Assembly: GCA_900553945.1 (NCBI GenBank)
Contig: USFR01000006.1
Coordinates: 52,948-116,947, forward strand
Direction: 5' to 3'
Length of the DNA stretch: 64,000 bases
From: an uncultured Clostridium sp.
GTDB lineage: Bacteria > Bacillota > Clostridia > TANB77 > CAG-508
A program made the position numbers and the translations under genes. Positions 19,882 to 31,157 of the stretch are shown in pieces; the stretch's first letter is position 1; each line of letters opens with the position of its first letter. The notes beneath the pieces are model-generated. The model worked only from the letters and a program-made list of their open reading frames with translations, did not search any database and was not told where the DNA came from.

Positions 19882-21291
19882 TTAATCAACCATCTCGCGT
19901 ACTGCTGTCTTGAACTTATCTCCTCTATCATAAGCATTTTTAAACATATCAAAGCTAGCACTTGCGGGAGAAAATAACACAATATCTCCTTGAACAGCAA
20001 CTTCATTTGCAACTTCAATAGCTTCTTTTAATGAAAATGCTTCATATATATCCAATTCTTTGTGTTGATTAGCAAGTTCTTTTGTAACAGCATCATATAT
20101 CTTCTTTTTAGTATTTCCCATAAGAATCAAAGTTTTAACGCCTTCTACAATTGGCTTAGCAATTGGCGTATAATCCAAATTCTTATCATATCCACCAGCT
20201 ATCAAAATAACCTTTTTATAAAAAGCTTTTATTCCTGAAATTGTTCTTGTGGGTGATGAACTAGCTGAGTCATTATACCATCTAACATCATTTGAACTAA
20301 TTTTTACAAGTTCTAATCTGTGGGCAACACCAGTAAAATTAGTAACAATTCTCTTAGCATCTTCCTCTTTAACAAGAGTATCTGTTGCAGCCAATGCGGC
20401 ACAAATATTTTGATAATTATGCTTTCCAATCAAAGCAACATCTCTAACATTTAGAATATGCTTTCTTAATTTATTCTCACAGAATTTAATAGTTCCATCA
20501 TCTACTATATACCCATTATCTAGTCTTTCTTGATCACTAAAGAAAATAACTTTTCCTTTTGCTTCTTTTGCAAATTCACGAGTAACCAAATTATCATAAT
20601 TCAATACTAATATTCCGTCTTCATTTTGATATTTAAAAATAGATTTTTTAGCATCAATATATTCTTCTAAATCTGTATGATAATCTAAATGATTTGGTGT
20701 AACATTTGTAACAACAGCTATATCAGGGCTTACAGTCATATTCATAAGTTGAAAACTACTCATTTCCAATACAACAATATCATCAGGATTCATTTCATTA
20801 ACTCTTGTGAATAAAGGTGTTCCAATGTTTCCGCCTAAAAACACATTATATCCAGCCTCTTTTAAAATCTCAGATATCAATGTTGTAGTAGTAGTTTTTC
20901 CATCACTGCCTGTAACACCAATTACTTTGCAAGGGCATAACTCAATACACATTTCAATTTCAGTAGTTACCAAAGCTCCTCTCTCAGATTCGGCAACTAA
21001 TTCAGGCCTATTAGGTAAACAACTTGGTGAACGGAAAATCAAATCAAATCCCTTTAATTTAGATAAACTATCTTTTCCTAAAGAAAACTCCATTCCATAC
21101 TCTACAACTTTATCCATAATTGATTTATCAATATTATCAATTGTTCTGTTATCAAAAACTGTAACATTTGCCTTATATTTTCTTAAATAATCAATTAAAG
21201 GTACATTACTAACACCTAAACCAATAATTGCAACTTTTCTTCCTTTTAAATATGTATTAAATTCATCTAATTTCTCATTTACAAAATTCAT
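19882..21291 (-). CDS. murD: UDP-N-acetylmuramoyl-L-alanine--D-glutamate ligase
   Basis: 469 aa with N-terminal Rossmann GLGVSN, Mur ligase GTNGKT-type P-loop (GVTGSDGKTTTT) and C-terminal domain. Confidence 0.9.
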   Translation of the reverse strand: MNFVNEKLDEFNTYLKGRKVAIIGLGVSNVPLIDYLRKYKANVTVFDNRTIDNIDKSIMDKVVEYGMEFSLGKDSLSKLKGFDLIFRSPSCLPNRPELVAESERGALVTTEIEMCIELCPCKVIGVTGSDGKTTTTTLISEILKEAGYNVFLGGNIGTPLFTRVNEMNPDDIVVLEMSSFQLMNMTVSPDIAVVTNVTPNHLDYHTDLEEYIDAKKSIFKYQNEDGILVLNYDNLVTREFAKEAKGKVIFFSDQERLDNGYIVDDGTIKFCENKLRKHILNVRDVALIGKHNYQNICAALAATDTLVKEEDAKRIVTNFTGVAHRLELVKISSNDVRWYNDSASSSPTRTISGIKAFYKKVILIAGGYDKNLDYTPIAKPIVEGVKTLILMGNTKKKIYDAVTKELANQHKELDIYEAFSLKEAIEVANEVAVQGDIVLFSPASASFDMFKNAYDRGDKFKTAVREMVD

Positions 21292-21306
21292 AAATAATAT
21301 CTCCTC

Positions 21307-21996
21307 TTATTGTAAAATATAATTCAATTCTATAATATTCTCTGCCACCATTTTTGTTGACTCTTCTATGCTTTTCGAATCAGACACATCAACAACAATT
21401 GTATTATCATATATTTGATAATATCCTGATTTCTCTTGAAGTTCATCTCTTTTCAAAATATTATCTTTTAACTCTTTCCTACTAACGTCTTCACCATATT
21501 GTTTTGCTTTCCATTCAACTCTCTTATTAATATCAGCAGTAATAAAAATATGGTAATCTAAATCCGGATAAATTTGCATTGTATCCCTTCCAGAAAAAAT
21601 TACAGTATGACTCTTTTTATAGCCATCTATATATTCTCTTACAATCTTATAAGCGTTTTCATTATTAGCAATATTCGAAATTTTCGAAACAGCCATCGAG
21701 TTTTCTAAAGACTGTAAATCCTTCTCCTCAATCTTTTTTCCATGAGCATACACAACGCTTTCTCGATTTTCAATACCAATAGAAATTTCAAATTCTTTAA
21801 ATAAATCTTTCAAATCAATTGAATATAACTTTTCAAACGGAATTTCTTCTTTAATAATCTGATATGTAATTGCTCTATAGATATTTCCAGCATGTAAAAC
21901 AATTGCATTAGGAATATATTTTAATAATTCATGGCAAATTGAAGTTTTTCCCGTTCCCACAAGTCCTTCAATACCAATAACTAGATTTTTATCCAT
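21307..21996 (-). CDS. Cytidylate kinase-like (d)CMP kinase family protein
   Basis: P-loop GIEGLVGTGKTS, and NIYRAITYQI resembling the cmk AMYRAL motif. Confidence 0.6.
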   Translation of the reverse strand: MDKNLVIGIEGLVGTGKTSICHELLKYIPNAIVLHAGNIYRAITYQIIKEEIPFEKLYSIDLKDLFKEFEISIGIENRESVVYAHGKKIEEKDLQSLENSMAVSKISNIANNENAYKIVREYIDGYKKSHTVIFSGRDTMQIYPDLDYHIFITADINKRVEWKAKQYGEDVSRKELKDNILKRDELQEKSGYYQIYDNTIVVDVSDSKSIEESTKMVAENIIELNYILQ

Positions 21997-22170
21997 ATCG
22001 TCTTCCTTTCATACCGCAAAAACAAAAGCGGACATTAATATCATTTGCATTTATTATAAATTTTTAAAATCCATGTCTTTATTCGCATGTGTAAAATTTG
22101 CTTTACAAATTTCTATGTCATACTTCTAATAAGAATTTTCTGCAAATCTTCTATTACACAAAAATTAACA
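21997..22170 (-). promoter_or_regulatory. Conserved ~170-nt 5' leader, copy 1 (homologous to 30336-30510)
   Basis: Shares with copy 2 the blocks tttttgtRtaatagaa, gcaaatttYacRYgcgaaYaaagac and a G/C hairpin next to the RBS. Confidence 0.5.
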
Positions 22171-22277
22171 AACATATTATACTACATTTTTTAATAAATA
22201 TGAATATTTTTACGAAATTTTGAAAAAATAAATACATAAACTTTAAATAATTACTTAATTTACCGGAGGTGTTTTAA

Positions 22278-22343
22278 ATGAGTAAAGAAAAAAAGAATAA
22301 ACAAAAAAAGAATTCTTCATCAAATACTAATGAAGAAAAATAA
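22278..22343 (+). CDS. Candidate 21-aa lysine-rich micro-ORF (MSKEKKNKQKKNSSSNTNEEK)
   Basis: Strong SD GGAGGTG 6 nt upstream of the ATG, followed by a terminator hairpin. Not present in the ORF track. Confidence 0.3.
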   Translation: MSKEKKNKQKKNSSSNTNEEK

Positions 22344-22363
22344 TTTACTTTATATACAACGTT

Positions 22364-22390
22364 AAAGGCGGATTTTGAATCCGCCTTTTC
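22364..22390. terminator. Bidirectional terminator hairpin
   Basis: aaaggcggatt-ttg-aatccgccttttc. Confidence 0.6.
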
Positions 22391-23365
22391 TTAATTTCCA
22401 CCTTTACCTATTGTATTTTCAAAATACTCTACATCTTCTGAATCCAAATTATGTTGTACCTTTTTCAAAGCATTAGCTGACTTCACACAAAATTGTAAAA
22501 TCTCGCCTATATTATTACTCTTTATTCTATTTTGCAATGATATCAATGCTTCTTCTTTTTGTTCTTCAGGAACCGTATATTTAATCAAATCAGAAATTGT
22601 AGAAGAATCTAATCTATAACAACATTTATATAATGTCTCAAGCTTTCTCTTTTCAGGTACATAATACTGAATAATATCAGAAATCTGTTTACTAGTTAAA
22701 CTATTATAAACAACATTCAACACATCAGGAATTCTATCTGTTTCAGTTGAACAAACAATATCATATAAATCAGTTTTATTAAGTTCTTTTTGATATTTAC
22801 TAAGTGCTGTAAATTTTCTATCTGCATCCAATTCTTTTATAATATTTGCTTTTGATGAACCATCTAATCTAGTATGATATAAATTCAAGCAATCAAGTCT
22901 ATCATATAAAGGCATATACTTTTTTATAATTTCTGAAAGTGCAAATGAATCAAATCTATCAACACATTTTTTCAAAGCTCTAACTCTTTGATCTGGCGGA
23001 ATGTTATTAAATAACTGATACATATCCTCCAAATCCAATCTGTTTTGGAATTTCTCAAGTACACAAATTTTTCCATTATAATCGAGCTTTCTTAAAGCTA
23101 AATCAGATAAATCATATGGTGTAATATATTTTTGTGCAATTTCAATACCCTCAACTCTTCTTTTCATAGGTAAATGAGCAATTATGTGAACAATTGAATT
23201 TGAATTCATTTCAAAACAATATGTTCTCAAAATATCCAACACTTTCTCTGGATCTCTTTCTTTTACTGCTAATAATACTACCTTCTCTGTTTCGATTGAA
23301 GCTTCAGGCAATGCTTTAACTTTATTTTTAAAAAATATACTCTTTATTTTTTCAAATAACTTCAT
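22391..23365 (-). CDS. Hypothetical protein with ~40-aa internal repeats
   Basis: Recurring ...SKQISDIIQYYVPEKRK / ...STISDLIKYTVPEEQKEE units suggest helical repeats. Confidence 0.5.
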   Translation of the reverse strand: MKLFEKIKSIFFKNKVKALPEASIETEKVVLLAVKERDPEKVLDILRTYCFEMNSNSIVHIIAHLPMKRRVEGIEIAQKYITPYDLSDLALRKLDYNGKICVLEKFQNRLDLEDMYQLFNNIPPDQRVRALKKCVDRFDSFALSEIIKKYMPLYDRLDCLNLYHTRLDGSSKANIIKELDADRKFTALSKYQKELNKTDLYDIVCSTETDRIPDVLNVVYNSLTSKQISDIIQYYVPEKRKLETLYKCCYRLDSSTISDLIKYTVPEEQKEEALISLQNRIKSNNIGEILQFCVKSANALKKVQHNLDSEDVEYFENTIGKGGN

Positions 23366-23465
23366 TCTTTTGTACCTCGTCTAATACTTCAAAATTAGTA
23401 TATCACTAAATACAAAATTTTCAGTTACAATTCGTTTACATTTTGAACACAGTTATATATCATTT

Positions 23466-26288
23466 TTAATCTAAATACTTTTTCAAGAAAATCCCTGTTT
23501 GTGATTCAGGATTTCTAGTAATTTGCTCTGGTGTACCAACAGCAATAATTCTTCCTCCTGCTTCTCCGCCTTCTGGTCCTAAATCAATAATATGATCAGC
23601 TGTTTTAATTAAATCCAAATTATGTTCAATAACAATAATAGTATTTCCAGTGTCTACAAGCCTTTGTAAAATATCAACCAATCTATGAACATCATCAATA
23701 TGAAGTCCTGTAGTTGGCTCATCTAAAATATATAAAGTCTTACCAGTTGCACGTTTTGAAAGTTCAGTTGCAAGTTTAACTCTTTGTGCTTCACCACCTG
23801 ACAACGTTGTAGAAGGTTGTCCAAGTTTAATATATCCTAAACCAACATCAAATAATGTTTGCATTTTTGTTTTTATCTTAGGAATATTTGAGAAGAATTC
23901 TAAAGCTTCTTCGACAGTCATATCCAAAACATCTGAAATGCTCTTTCCTTTATATTTAACCTCTAAAGTTTCTCTATTATATCTTCTTCCATGACAAACT
24001 TCACAAGGCACATAAATATCAGGTAAGAAATTCATTTCAATTTTAATTATTCCATCACCTTGGCAAGCCTCACATCTTCCCCCAGAAACATTAAAACTAA
24101 ATCTTCCCTTTTGATATCCACGCATCTTAGCTTCATTGGTATTAGCAAAAATATCTCTAATTGTATCAAATACACCAGTATAAGTAGCTGGATTAGAACG
24201 TGGAGTTCTTCCAATAGGAGATTGATCAATATTAATAATTTTATCAATATTCTCTATACCTTTTATCTTTTCACACTTACCTGGTTTAACATTTGATCCA
24301 TACAATTCTCTAGCTAAATAATTATATAAAACTTCATTAACTAATGTACTCTTACCAGAACCTGAAACACCTGTAACGCAGTTAAATACTCCAAGTGGAA
24401 ATTTAACATTTACATTCTTTAAATTATGTTCTGTTGCTCCAACAATTTCAATACTCTTTCCATTTGATTTTCTTCTCTTTTTAGGAACAAGAATCTTTTT
24501 CTTTCCACTCAAATATTGTCCAGTAATAGAACCAGGAATTAATTTAATTTCATCAGCTGTACCTTGTGCCACAACATTTCCTCCATGAACACCAGCTCCA
24601 GGTCCTATATCAATAATTTGGTCAGCTGCATACATTGTATCTTCATCATGTTCAACAACAATTAAAGTATTTCCTAAATCTCTTAGTTTTCTCAAAGTAG
24701 CCAATAATCTATCATTATCTCTCTGATGAAGACCTATACTTGGCTCATCAAGAATATATAAAACCCCTGTCAATCCTGAACCAATTTGTGTTGCGAGACG
24801 AATTCTTTGTGCTTCACCACCAGATAAAGTTCCAGCAGAACGAGATAAAGTTAAATAAGACAAACCAACATCCATTAAAAATTGCAATCTTTTATTAAGC
24901 TCCTTAAAAATTTGATCTGCAATCATCTTATCTTTTTTGCTTAATTCCAAATTATCTAAATATTTCTTAATCTCATTAATTGGCATATCTGTAAGCTCAT
25001 TAATATTTTTATCTCCAACCTTTACAGCCAATACCTCTTCCTTTAATCTAGCTCCATGACAAGTGCTACAAGGCTTTTCACTCATATAAAGTTCATAGAA
25101 ATCTCTCATACCTTGTGATTTAGTCTCTCTATATCTTCTATCAAGAGTAGGAATAACACCTTCAAATGGACAACTAAACTTACGAACACCACTTGCAGAT
25201 GCAAACTCAAAATCAATAATTTCACTTCCTGTACCATATAAAATTTTATCTAAGAAATCCCTAGGAAGCTTTTTAATAGGCTTTTTAATATCAACTCCAT
25301 AATGTCTTGCAATAGATTCAAAATACATTTTAGCCATAGTTTCGCCCTTTTTCATTGTGCTTGAACCAAAAGCTTTAACACCATCATACAAAGTTTTGCT
25401 TTTATCAGGAATAATTAAATCCTCATCCATTCTCATTAAATATCCAATACCTGTACATTCAGGGCAAGCACCTTGAGGATTGTTAAAAGAAAACATTCTA
25501 GGAGACAATTCCTCAAAACTTATTCCGCAATCAGGGCAAGCATAATTTTGACTATAAATTCTTTCTCCTTTTCCAATAGCATCAATAGTAACTAAGTTAT
25601 TTGCATATTTTAAAGCAGTTTCAACAGATTCAGTTAAACGATTTCTAATATCTTCTTTTATAACTAATCTATCAACAATAATATCAATATTATGTTTTTT
25701 CTTTCTATCAATCTCAATATCATCAGATAATTCATACATAGTTCCATCAACTCTAGCTCTAACAAAACCATCTTTTTGGAAATCATCTAATAACTTAACA
25801 TATTCACCTTTTTTACCCCTTACAACAGGTGCTAAAACCTGAATCCTAGTTCCTTCAGGCAATTCCAAAATATTATCAACAATCTGGTCTATTGACTGTT
25901 TCTCAATTTTCTTACCACACTTAGGACAGTATGGAACACCAATTCTAGCATATAATAAACGAATAAAATCATAAATCTCAGTAACCGTTCCAACTGTAGA
26001 ACGAGGATTTTTAGACGTAGTTTTTTGATCTATAGAAATAGCTGGTGATAACCCCTCAATGCTCTCAACATCAGGCTTTTCCATTAATCCTAAAAATTGT
26101 CTTGCATAAGAAGATAAACTCTCAACATATCTTCTTTGCCCCTCAGCATATAATGTATCAAAAGCAAGAGATGATTTACCAGAACCTGAAAGTCCAGTTA
26201 TAACAACTAATTTATCTCTTGGTATCTCTAAATTAATATTTTTTAAATTGTGTACTTTTGCTCCCTTTATAACAATAGAATCATTCAT
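23466..26288 (-). CDS. uvrA: Excinuclease ABC subunit A
   Basis: 940 aa with two ABC modules (GLSGSGKSS / [17 protein letters not shown] twice) and zinc-finger cysteines. Confidence 0.97.
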   Translation of the reverse strand: MNDSIVIKGAKVHNLKNINLEIPRDKLVVITGLSGSGKSSLAFDTLYAEGQRRYVESLSSYARQFLGLMEKPDVESIEGLSPAISIDQKTTSKNPRSTVGTVTEIYDFIRLLYARIGVPYCPKCGKKIEKQSIDQIVDNILELPEGTRIQVLAPVVRGKKGEYVKLLDDFQKDGFVRARVDGTMYELSDDIEIDRKKKHNIDIIVDRLVIKEDIRNRLTESVETALKYANNLVTIDAIGKGERIYSQNYACPDCGISFEELSPRMFSFNNPQGACPECTGIGYLMRMDEDLIIPDKSKTLYDGVKAFGSSTMKKGETMAKMYFESIARHYGVDIKKPIKKLPRDFLDKILYGTGSEIIDFEFASASGVRKFSCPFEGVIPTLDRRYRETKSQGMRDFYELYMSEKPCSTCHGARLKEEVLAVKVGDKNINELTDMPINEIKKYLDNLELSKKDKMIADQIFKELNKRLQFLMDVGLSYLTLSRSAGTLSGGEAQRIRLATQIGSGLTGVLYILDEPSIGLHQRDNDRLLATLRKLRDLGNTLIVVEHDEDTMYAADQIIDIGPGAGVHGGNVVAQGTADEIKLIPGSITGQYLSGKKKILVPKKRRKSNGKSIEIVGATEHNLKNVNVKFPLGVFNCVTGVSGSGKSTLVNEVLYNYLARELYGSNVKPGKCEKIKGIENIDKIINIDQSPIGRTPRSNPATYTGVFDTIRDIFANTNEAKMRGYQKGRFSFNVSGGRCEACQGDGIIKIEMNFLPDIYVPCEVCHGRRYNRETLEVKYKGKSISDVLDMTVEEALEFFSNIPKIKTKMQTLFDVGLGYIKLGQPSTTLSGGEAQRVKLATELSKRATGKTLYILDEPTTGLHIDDVHRLVDILQRLVDTGNTIIVIEHNLDLIKTADHIIDLGPEGGEAGGRIIAVGTPEQITRNPESQTGIFLKKYLD

Positions 26289-26501
26289 TCTAACCCCTCC
26301 AAAATAATTTCTACACAGTTAAATATTTTATCATACTTATTATAAAATGTCATCACTTTTTTATGTTTACATAAGTATTTACTTTTGAACCTTAATATGA
26401 TATACTTTTAAAAGTTCCGCTTTTGAATAAAGGACACTCGCAATTTGTGTCTTAACAGGAACTGTGGAGAAATGGTTGTTTCTATATAGGAGGTATTTTA
26501 T

Positions 26502-26921
26502 ATGAAGAATACAAGTATTATAGAAAGAATCGAATACGCAGCGCAAAATGGAGTTTATGAAATTCCATTATACGTTTGGAACAAAACAGCCAAAAAACTG
26601 CGCAAAGAAGGTTTCATCCTTACTGAAACCAAAATCAAAAATGTTCGGAAAGGCGAAGGTCACTATCTGATTAGCTGGAAAAACGGTTATCATACTACCA
26701 ATCCAGAAATGAACTTGAAGGAACTGCTTCAAGAAACTGTTATGACAGTTGTTAGCAGCTTACCAGAAACAGTAAATAGTTGGGAAACACTTTTAAAAAC
26801 ATATAGTGAAATTGACAACAAGCTGTGCGTAAAAGTATTTCGTGAAAAAATATCGAAATACAACATCGAGCTCACTGAAGCCAACAGAATGTGGCTCATT
26901 GCAGCAACAAATCAAAAATAA
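26502..26921 (+). CDS. Hypothetical 139-aa protein in a GC-elevated insert between uvrB and uvrA
   Basis: Strong RBS aggagg. GC about 37% with ctg/cgg/ggc codons. Own terminator. Opposite strand to the flanking uvr genes. Confidence 0.6.
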   Translation: MKNTSIIERIEYAAQNGVYEIPLYVWNKTAKKLRKEGFILTETKIKNVRKGEGHYLISWKNGYHTTNPEMNLKELLQETVMTVVSSLPETVNSWETLLKTYSEIDNKLCVKVFREKISKYNIELTEANRMWLIAATNQK

Positions 26922-26967
26922 TTAAACAGTCAATCCGTTAACCGAACCATTTTTCCACAAATCTATG

Positions 26968-27003
26968 AAAAAACTCATCAAAAAACATTGATGAGTTTTT
27001 TCT
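26968..27003 (+). terminator. Rho-independent terminator of the 26502-26921 gene
   Basis: aaaaaactcatc-aaaaaacat-tgatgagtttttt. Confidence 0.65.
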
Positions 27004-27126
27004 TTACTTTAATTTATTCCTCAATTGAATAACAAATAACTATTAGAAAAAAGTTTGTATAAAACACTATAACATTTTATGTCACATCATTTTAAAACAC
27101 TAGTTTACTTTAAAATTTTCTATTTC

Positions 27127-29091
27127 TTATTTATTCTCTATAAACTTCTCTAATTCTTTAATCTTATCACGCAACTCCGCAGCCTTCTCAAATTCCATAG
27201 CCTGTGCACATTTAAGCATTTCATCAGTAAGTCTATTAATAATATCTTCAGGCGTTTCATTCTTATCAATTTGATATTCCGTTGAAATATCCTCAACAAT
27301 AGTTGCCTTAATTATATCTCTTACAGACTTCTTAATAGTCTTTGGAGTAATTCCATGTTCCTTATTATATTCTTCTTGAATTTTACGTCTTCTATTAGTT
27401 TCTGAAATCGCCTTTTCCATTGACTCAGTAAGTTCATCAGCATACATAATAACCTTCCCCTCAGTATTTCTAGCAGCACGACCAATCGTTTGGATAAGAG
27501 ATCGTTCTGAACGTAAAAATCCTTCTTTATCCGCATCTAAAATAGCAACCAAAGAAACCTCTGGGATATCCAAACCTTCTCTAAGCAAGTTAATACCAAC
27601 TAAAACATCAAACTCACCTATACGCAAATCTCTGATAATCTCCATTCTTTCCAAAGCCTTAATCTCAGAATGCATATAACGAACACGAATACCAATGTTT
27701 CTTAAATAAGCAGTTAAATCCTCAGCCATTTTCTTAGTCAAAGTTGTAACAAGAACTCTCTCCTGTCTCTCAACTCTTTCATTAATTTGAGTAATCAAAT
27801 CATCAATCTGATTCTCAACAGGCTTAACTTCTATCTTAGGATCCAAAAGCCCAGTAGGACGAATAATCTGCTCAACAACATTACTTCCTGAATGCTCTTT
27901 CTCATAATCAGCAGGTGTAGCACTAACAAACACGCATTGATTAATTCTCTCTTCGAACTCCTCAAACTTCAAAGGTCTATTATCATAAGCAGAAGGCAAT
28001 CTAAAGCCATAATTGACAAGCGAATCCTTTCTAGCCCTATCGCCATTATACATAGCCCTAACCTGTGGAATTGTTGCATGTGATTCATCAATCAAAAGTA
28101 AAAAATCATCAGGAAAATAATCAAACAATGTAAATGGAGGACTACCAGCAGCTCTACCACTTATATGCCTTGAATAATTCTCAATTCCTTGGCAGAAGCC
28201 AGTTTCCTTAAGCATCTCAATATCGAAATTAGTTCTCTCTTCAATTCTCTGTGCCTCAATTAATTTTTTATGATCTTTAAACCATTGAACTCTCTCTTCC
28301 ATTTCCTGTTCAATCGTTCCAAGAGCTCTTTCAAGTTTGTCCTTACTAGTAACATAATGAGAATTTGGAACAATCATAACATGTTCTCTAACACCAATCG
28401 TCTTGCCAGTAAGCGGATTAATCTCGCTAATCTTCTCAATCTCATCACCCCAGAACTCAACACGAATTGCAGACTCTTCTTGGTTAGAAGGATAAATCTC
28501 TAAAATATCGCCCTTAGCCCTAAAAGTACCTCTCTTAAAATCCATTTCATTTCTTGAATACTGCATATTAACAAGCTTTTTCATTACTTCATTTCTTTCA
28601 ATCTGCATACCAGGTCTCAAAGAAACAATCATATTCTCGTAATCAATCGGATCACCCAAACCATAAATACAAGAAACAGAAGCAACAACAATAACATCTC
28701 TTGCTTCAAACAAAGATGCAGTAGCTGAGTGTCTCAACTTATCAATCTCGTCATTAATAGAAGCATCTTTTTCTATATATGTATCAGAAGATGCAATATA
28801 AGCTTCTGGTTGGTAATAATCGTAATAAGAAACAAAATACTCTACTCTATTTTCAGGAAAAAATTCCTTAAACTCACTATACAACTGTCCAGCCAAAGTC
28901 TTATTATGAGCCAAAACCAACGTTGGACGTTGAGTTTTCTCAATTATATTAGCCATTGTAAATGTCTTACCAGAACCAGTAACACCCAAAAGTGTCTGAA
29001 ACTTCTTTCCATCTTCAATTCCTTTACTCAAATATTCAATTGCCTGAGGCTGATCCCCAGTAGGTTTATATTCTGAATGAATCTTAAACAT
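27127..29091 (-). CDS. uvrB: Excinuclease ABC subunit B
   Basis: 654 aa with helicase motifs GVTGSGKT and DESH, and the C-terminal UVR domain [12 protein letters not shown]. Confidence 0.97.
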   Translation of the reverse strand: MFKIHSEYKPTGDQPQAIEYLSKGIEDGKKFQTLLGVTGSGKTFTMANIIEKTQRPTLVLAHNKTLAGQLYSEFKEFFPENRVEYFVSYYDYYQPEAYIASSDTYIEKDASINDEIDKLRHSATASLFEARDVIVVASVSCIYGLGDPIDYENMIVSLRPGMQIERNEVMKKLVNMQYSRNEMDFKRGTFRAKGDILEIYPSNQEESAIRVEFWGDEIEKISEINPLTGKTIGVREHVMIVPNSHYVTSKDKLERALGTIEQEMEERVQWFKDHKKLIEAQRIEERTNFDIEMLKETGFCQGIENYSRHISGRAAGSPPFTLFDYFPDDFLLLIDESHATIPQVRAMYNGDRARKDSLVNYGFRLPSAYDNRPLKFEEFEERINQCVFVSATPADYEKEHSGSNVVEQIIRPTGLLDPKIEVKPVENQIDDLITQINERVERQERVLVTTLTKKMAEDLTAYLRNIGIRVRYMHSEIKALERMEIIRDLRIGEFDVLVGINLLREGLDIPEVSLVAILDADKEGFLRSERSLIQTIGRAARNTEGKVIMYADELTESMEKAISETNRRRKIQEEYNKEHGITPKTIKKSVRDIIKATIVEDISTEYQIDKNETPEDIINRLTDEMLKCAQAMEFEKAAELRDKIKELEKFIENK

Positions 29092-29231
29092 AACTTTTCA
29101 AATACCTCTCCATCTCTCTATCAATCTTATGTATTATATCAAATTATCTCATATATTTAAACACCAAACATAAAATTACATAAAAAAGTACCTACAACTT
29201 TTCATTGTAAGCACTTTTATTAATATTCAAT

Positions 29232-29346
29232 TCTATTTATTTTTTCTTTTTTGAACTACTATCATTGTAACTAATCCAGCTAAAGATACACCAGCTATTG
29301 CTACATATAGAATTATATTATCATAACAAGATTTAATACTCTGCAT
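29232..29346 (-). CDS. Candidate small hydrophobic peptide (38 aa), type I toxin-like
   Basis: Minus-strand ORF MQSIKSCYDNIILYVAIAGVSLAGLVTMIVVQKRKNK: one TM helix plus a basic tail. Lies in a 350-bp gene-free region next to a palindrome taccaatt..aatttggta. No clear Shine-Dalgarno. Confidence 0.25.
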
Positions 29347-29444
29347 TTTTACCAATTTTGCCATGCCAATTTGGTAATCAAAAATTCCAATTACAATATC
29401 ATTCTTATAAAAACCTTAAACAGGAGTACTTACAGTAATTTAAA

Positions 29445-30335
29445 TCATTCAATAATATTTCTAATCATTTCATCAATCATATCATCATCTAATTTTAAAT
29501 CCGTATTTATCAAACCAATTTCCGGACGAATGCCATCTTTAAAATGGAAATCAGAACTAACAGTAACAAATAATCCATTTCTTTTTGCAAACTCACACCA
29601 TCTCTCAGATTCATCATGTCTTTGATTATTACAATCCGTATAAAAATAATAAGCTTCAATTCCATCAGGTTTCATATCATCAACAATTTTCTGGATATCA
29701 TCTTCTGTCAAACCATCCTCATTAGCATATGCAATTGGATGCGCCAAAACAACTTTTCCACCAGCTCTTCTTATAATTTCAGCAGCTTCACATGGCGTAC
29801 ATGTATTTTTCTTAACATAGGCAGGACACCCTTCGTTCATAATTGTTTCTATAAATTCACCTTTAGTAGGAATATGTCCAAAATCATTCAATAATTTCTT
29901 TTTATTTTTTTCACAATTTACTACATCAAGTGCTATATGAGCTTTTGTAACTGCCTCTATTTTATCTAATTCTTCAACATTTAGATAATAACCTAACTCA
30001 TTCAATTTCTCAGCAACATCATGTAAATAAATGTGTCTAATATTTCTTAACTTATTCAAACTCTTTCTAAAAGATTTGTCGTTTAAATCAAAATTATATC
30101 CCAAAACATGAATACCACATTTTTCCCATTTAGTTGATATCTCAACAGCATTTATAAGCTGTATATTCTTACTCTTAGCATACAAAAATAAATCCTCATT
30201 ATAAGCATCAACCGTATCATGATCAGATATAGCAATAACTGACACATTATTTCTCACAGCCTCGTCAATTACCTCTTTCGGACTAAAAGCTCCGTCAGAC
30301 ACATTTGTGTGGATATGTAAATCAATTCTTTTCAT
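29445..30335 (-). CDS. PHP-domain phosphoesterase (TrpH/YciV-like, pAp phosphatase/RNase AM family)
   Basis: N-terminal IDLHIHTNVSDG ... AISDHDT metal-binding motifs typical of PHP-family TrpH/YciV. Confidence 0.7.
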   Translation of the reverse strand: MKRIDLHIHTNVSDGAFSPKEVIDEAVRNNVSVIAISDHDTVDAYNEDLFLYAKSKNIQLINAVEISTKWEKCGIHVLGYNFDLNDKSFRKSLNKLRNIRHIYLHDVAEKLNELGYYLNVEELDKIEAVTKAHIALDVVNCEKNKKKLLNDFGHIPTKGEFIETIMNEGCPAYVKKNTCTPCEAAEIIRRAGGKVVLAHPIAYANEDGLTEDDIQKIVDDMKPDGIEAYYFYTDCNNQRHDESERWCEFAKRNGLFVTVSSDFHFKDGIRPEIGLINTDLKLDDDMIDEMIRNIIE

Positions 30336-30510
30336 AATAAATCCCCCCTTAATAGAACAAAAACGGACTATTTATAACATTTATACCAATTATAACATTT
30401 TCAAGCCCGCGTCTTTGTTCGCACGTGAAATTTGCAAAGTAATTTCTGTGCATTGTTATTTCATATAATAGAAAGTTCAGAGAAATTTTCTATTATACAA
30501 AAAGAGATGA
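30336..30510 (-). promoter_or_regulatory. Conserved ~170-nt 5' leader, copy 2 (homologous to 21997-22170)
   Basis: See copy 1. Contains ctttgcaaatttcacgtgcgaacaaagac and ends in aagggggggat before the ATG. Confidence 0.5.
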
Positions 30511-30545
30511 ACAAAAAGTCCATCTCCAAATATAGATATTACATA

Positions 30546-31085
30546 TTAATAATTTTCTGCTTTGATTTCAAAGAAAGCTTTTGGATGAGCACATACAGGA
30601 CAAACTTCTGGAGCTTTTGTTCCAACTACAATGTGTCCACAATTTCTACATTTCCAAATCTTAACTTCTCCTGCCTCAAAAACTTTTCCATCTTTAACAT
30701 TTGCTAATAATTTTCTATATCTTTCTTCATGTTCTTTTTCAATTTTTGCAACTTCTGAAAATAAAAATGCTATATGGTTAAATCCTTCTTCTTTAGCTTC
30801 TTCAGCCATTCTCTCATACATATCAGTCCATTCAAAATTCTCGCCTTCAGCTGCAGCTAATAAATTTTCTTCTGTTGAAGGAATATCACCACCATTTAAT
30901 AATTTAAACCACATTTTTGCATGTTCTTTTTCATTATCAGCTGTTTCTTGGAATATAGCAGCAATTTGCTCATATCCTTCTTTTTTAGCTTTACTTGCAA
31001 AATATGTGTACTTATTTCTTGCTTGTGATTCACCAGCAAAAGCATCCATCAAATTTTTCTCTGTTTTTGAACCTTTTAATTCCAT
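30546..31085 (-). CDS. rbr: Rubrerythrin
   Basis: Ferritin-like EEXXH di-iron motifs plus C-terminal rubredoxin-like CRNCGH...CPVCAHPK. Confidence 0.9.
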   Translation of the reverse strand: MELKGSKTEKNLMDAFAGESQARNKYTYFASKAKKEGYEQIAAIFQETADNEKEHAKMWFKLLNGGDIPSTEENLLAAAEGENFEWTDMYERMAEEAKEEGFNHIAFLFSEVAKIEKEHEERYRKLLANVKDGKVFEAGEVKIWKCRNCGHIVVGTKAPEVCPVCAHPKAFFEIKAENY

Positions 31086-31157
31086 TTTATAACCTCCTAA
31101 AATTTTATTTTTTCTCCCCTTATTTGTTTCATTTTATATCATAAACTTAATATAATT

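Noticed and set aside
19803-20018. 71-aa ORF overlapping the 3' end of murD
   Set aside because: Entirely inside murD coding sequence in another frame. No independent support.
26289-26500. LexA/Cheo-box (GAAC-N4-GTTC) searched upstream of uvrA and uvrB
   Set aside because: No convincing match found by eye in either upstream region. SOS regulation cannot be asserted from this sequence.
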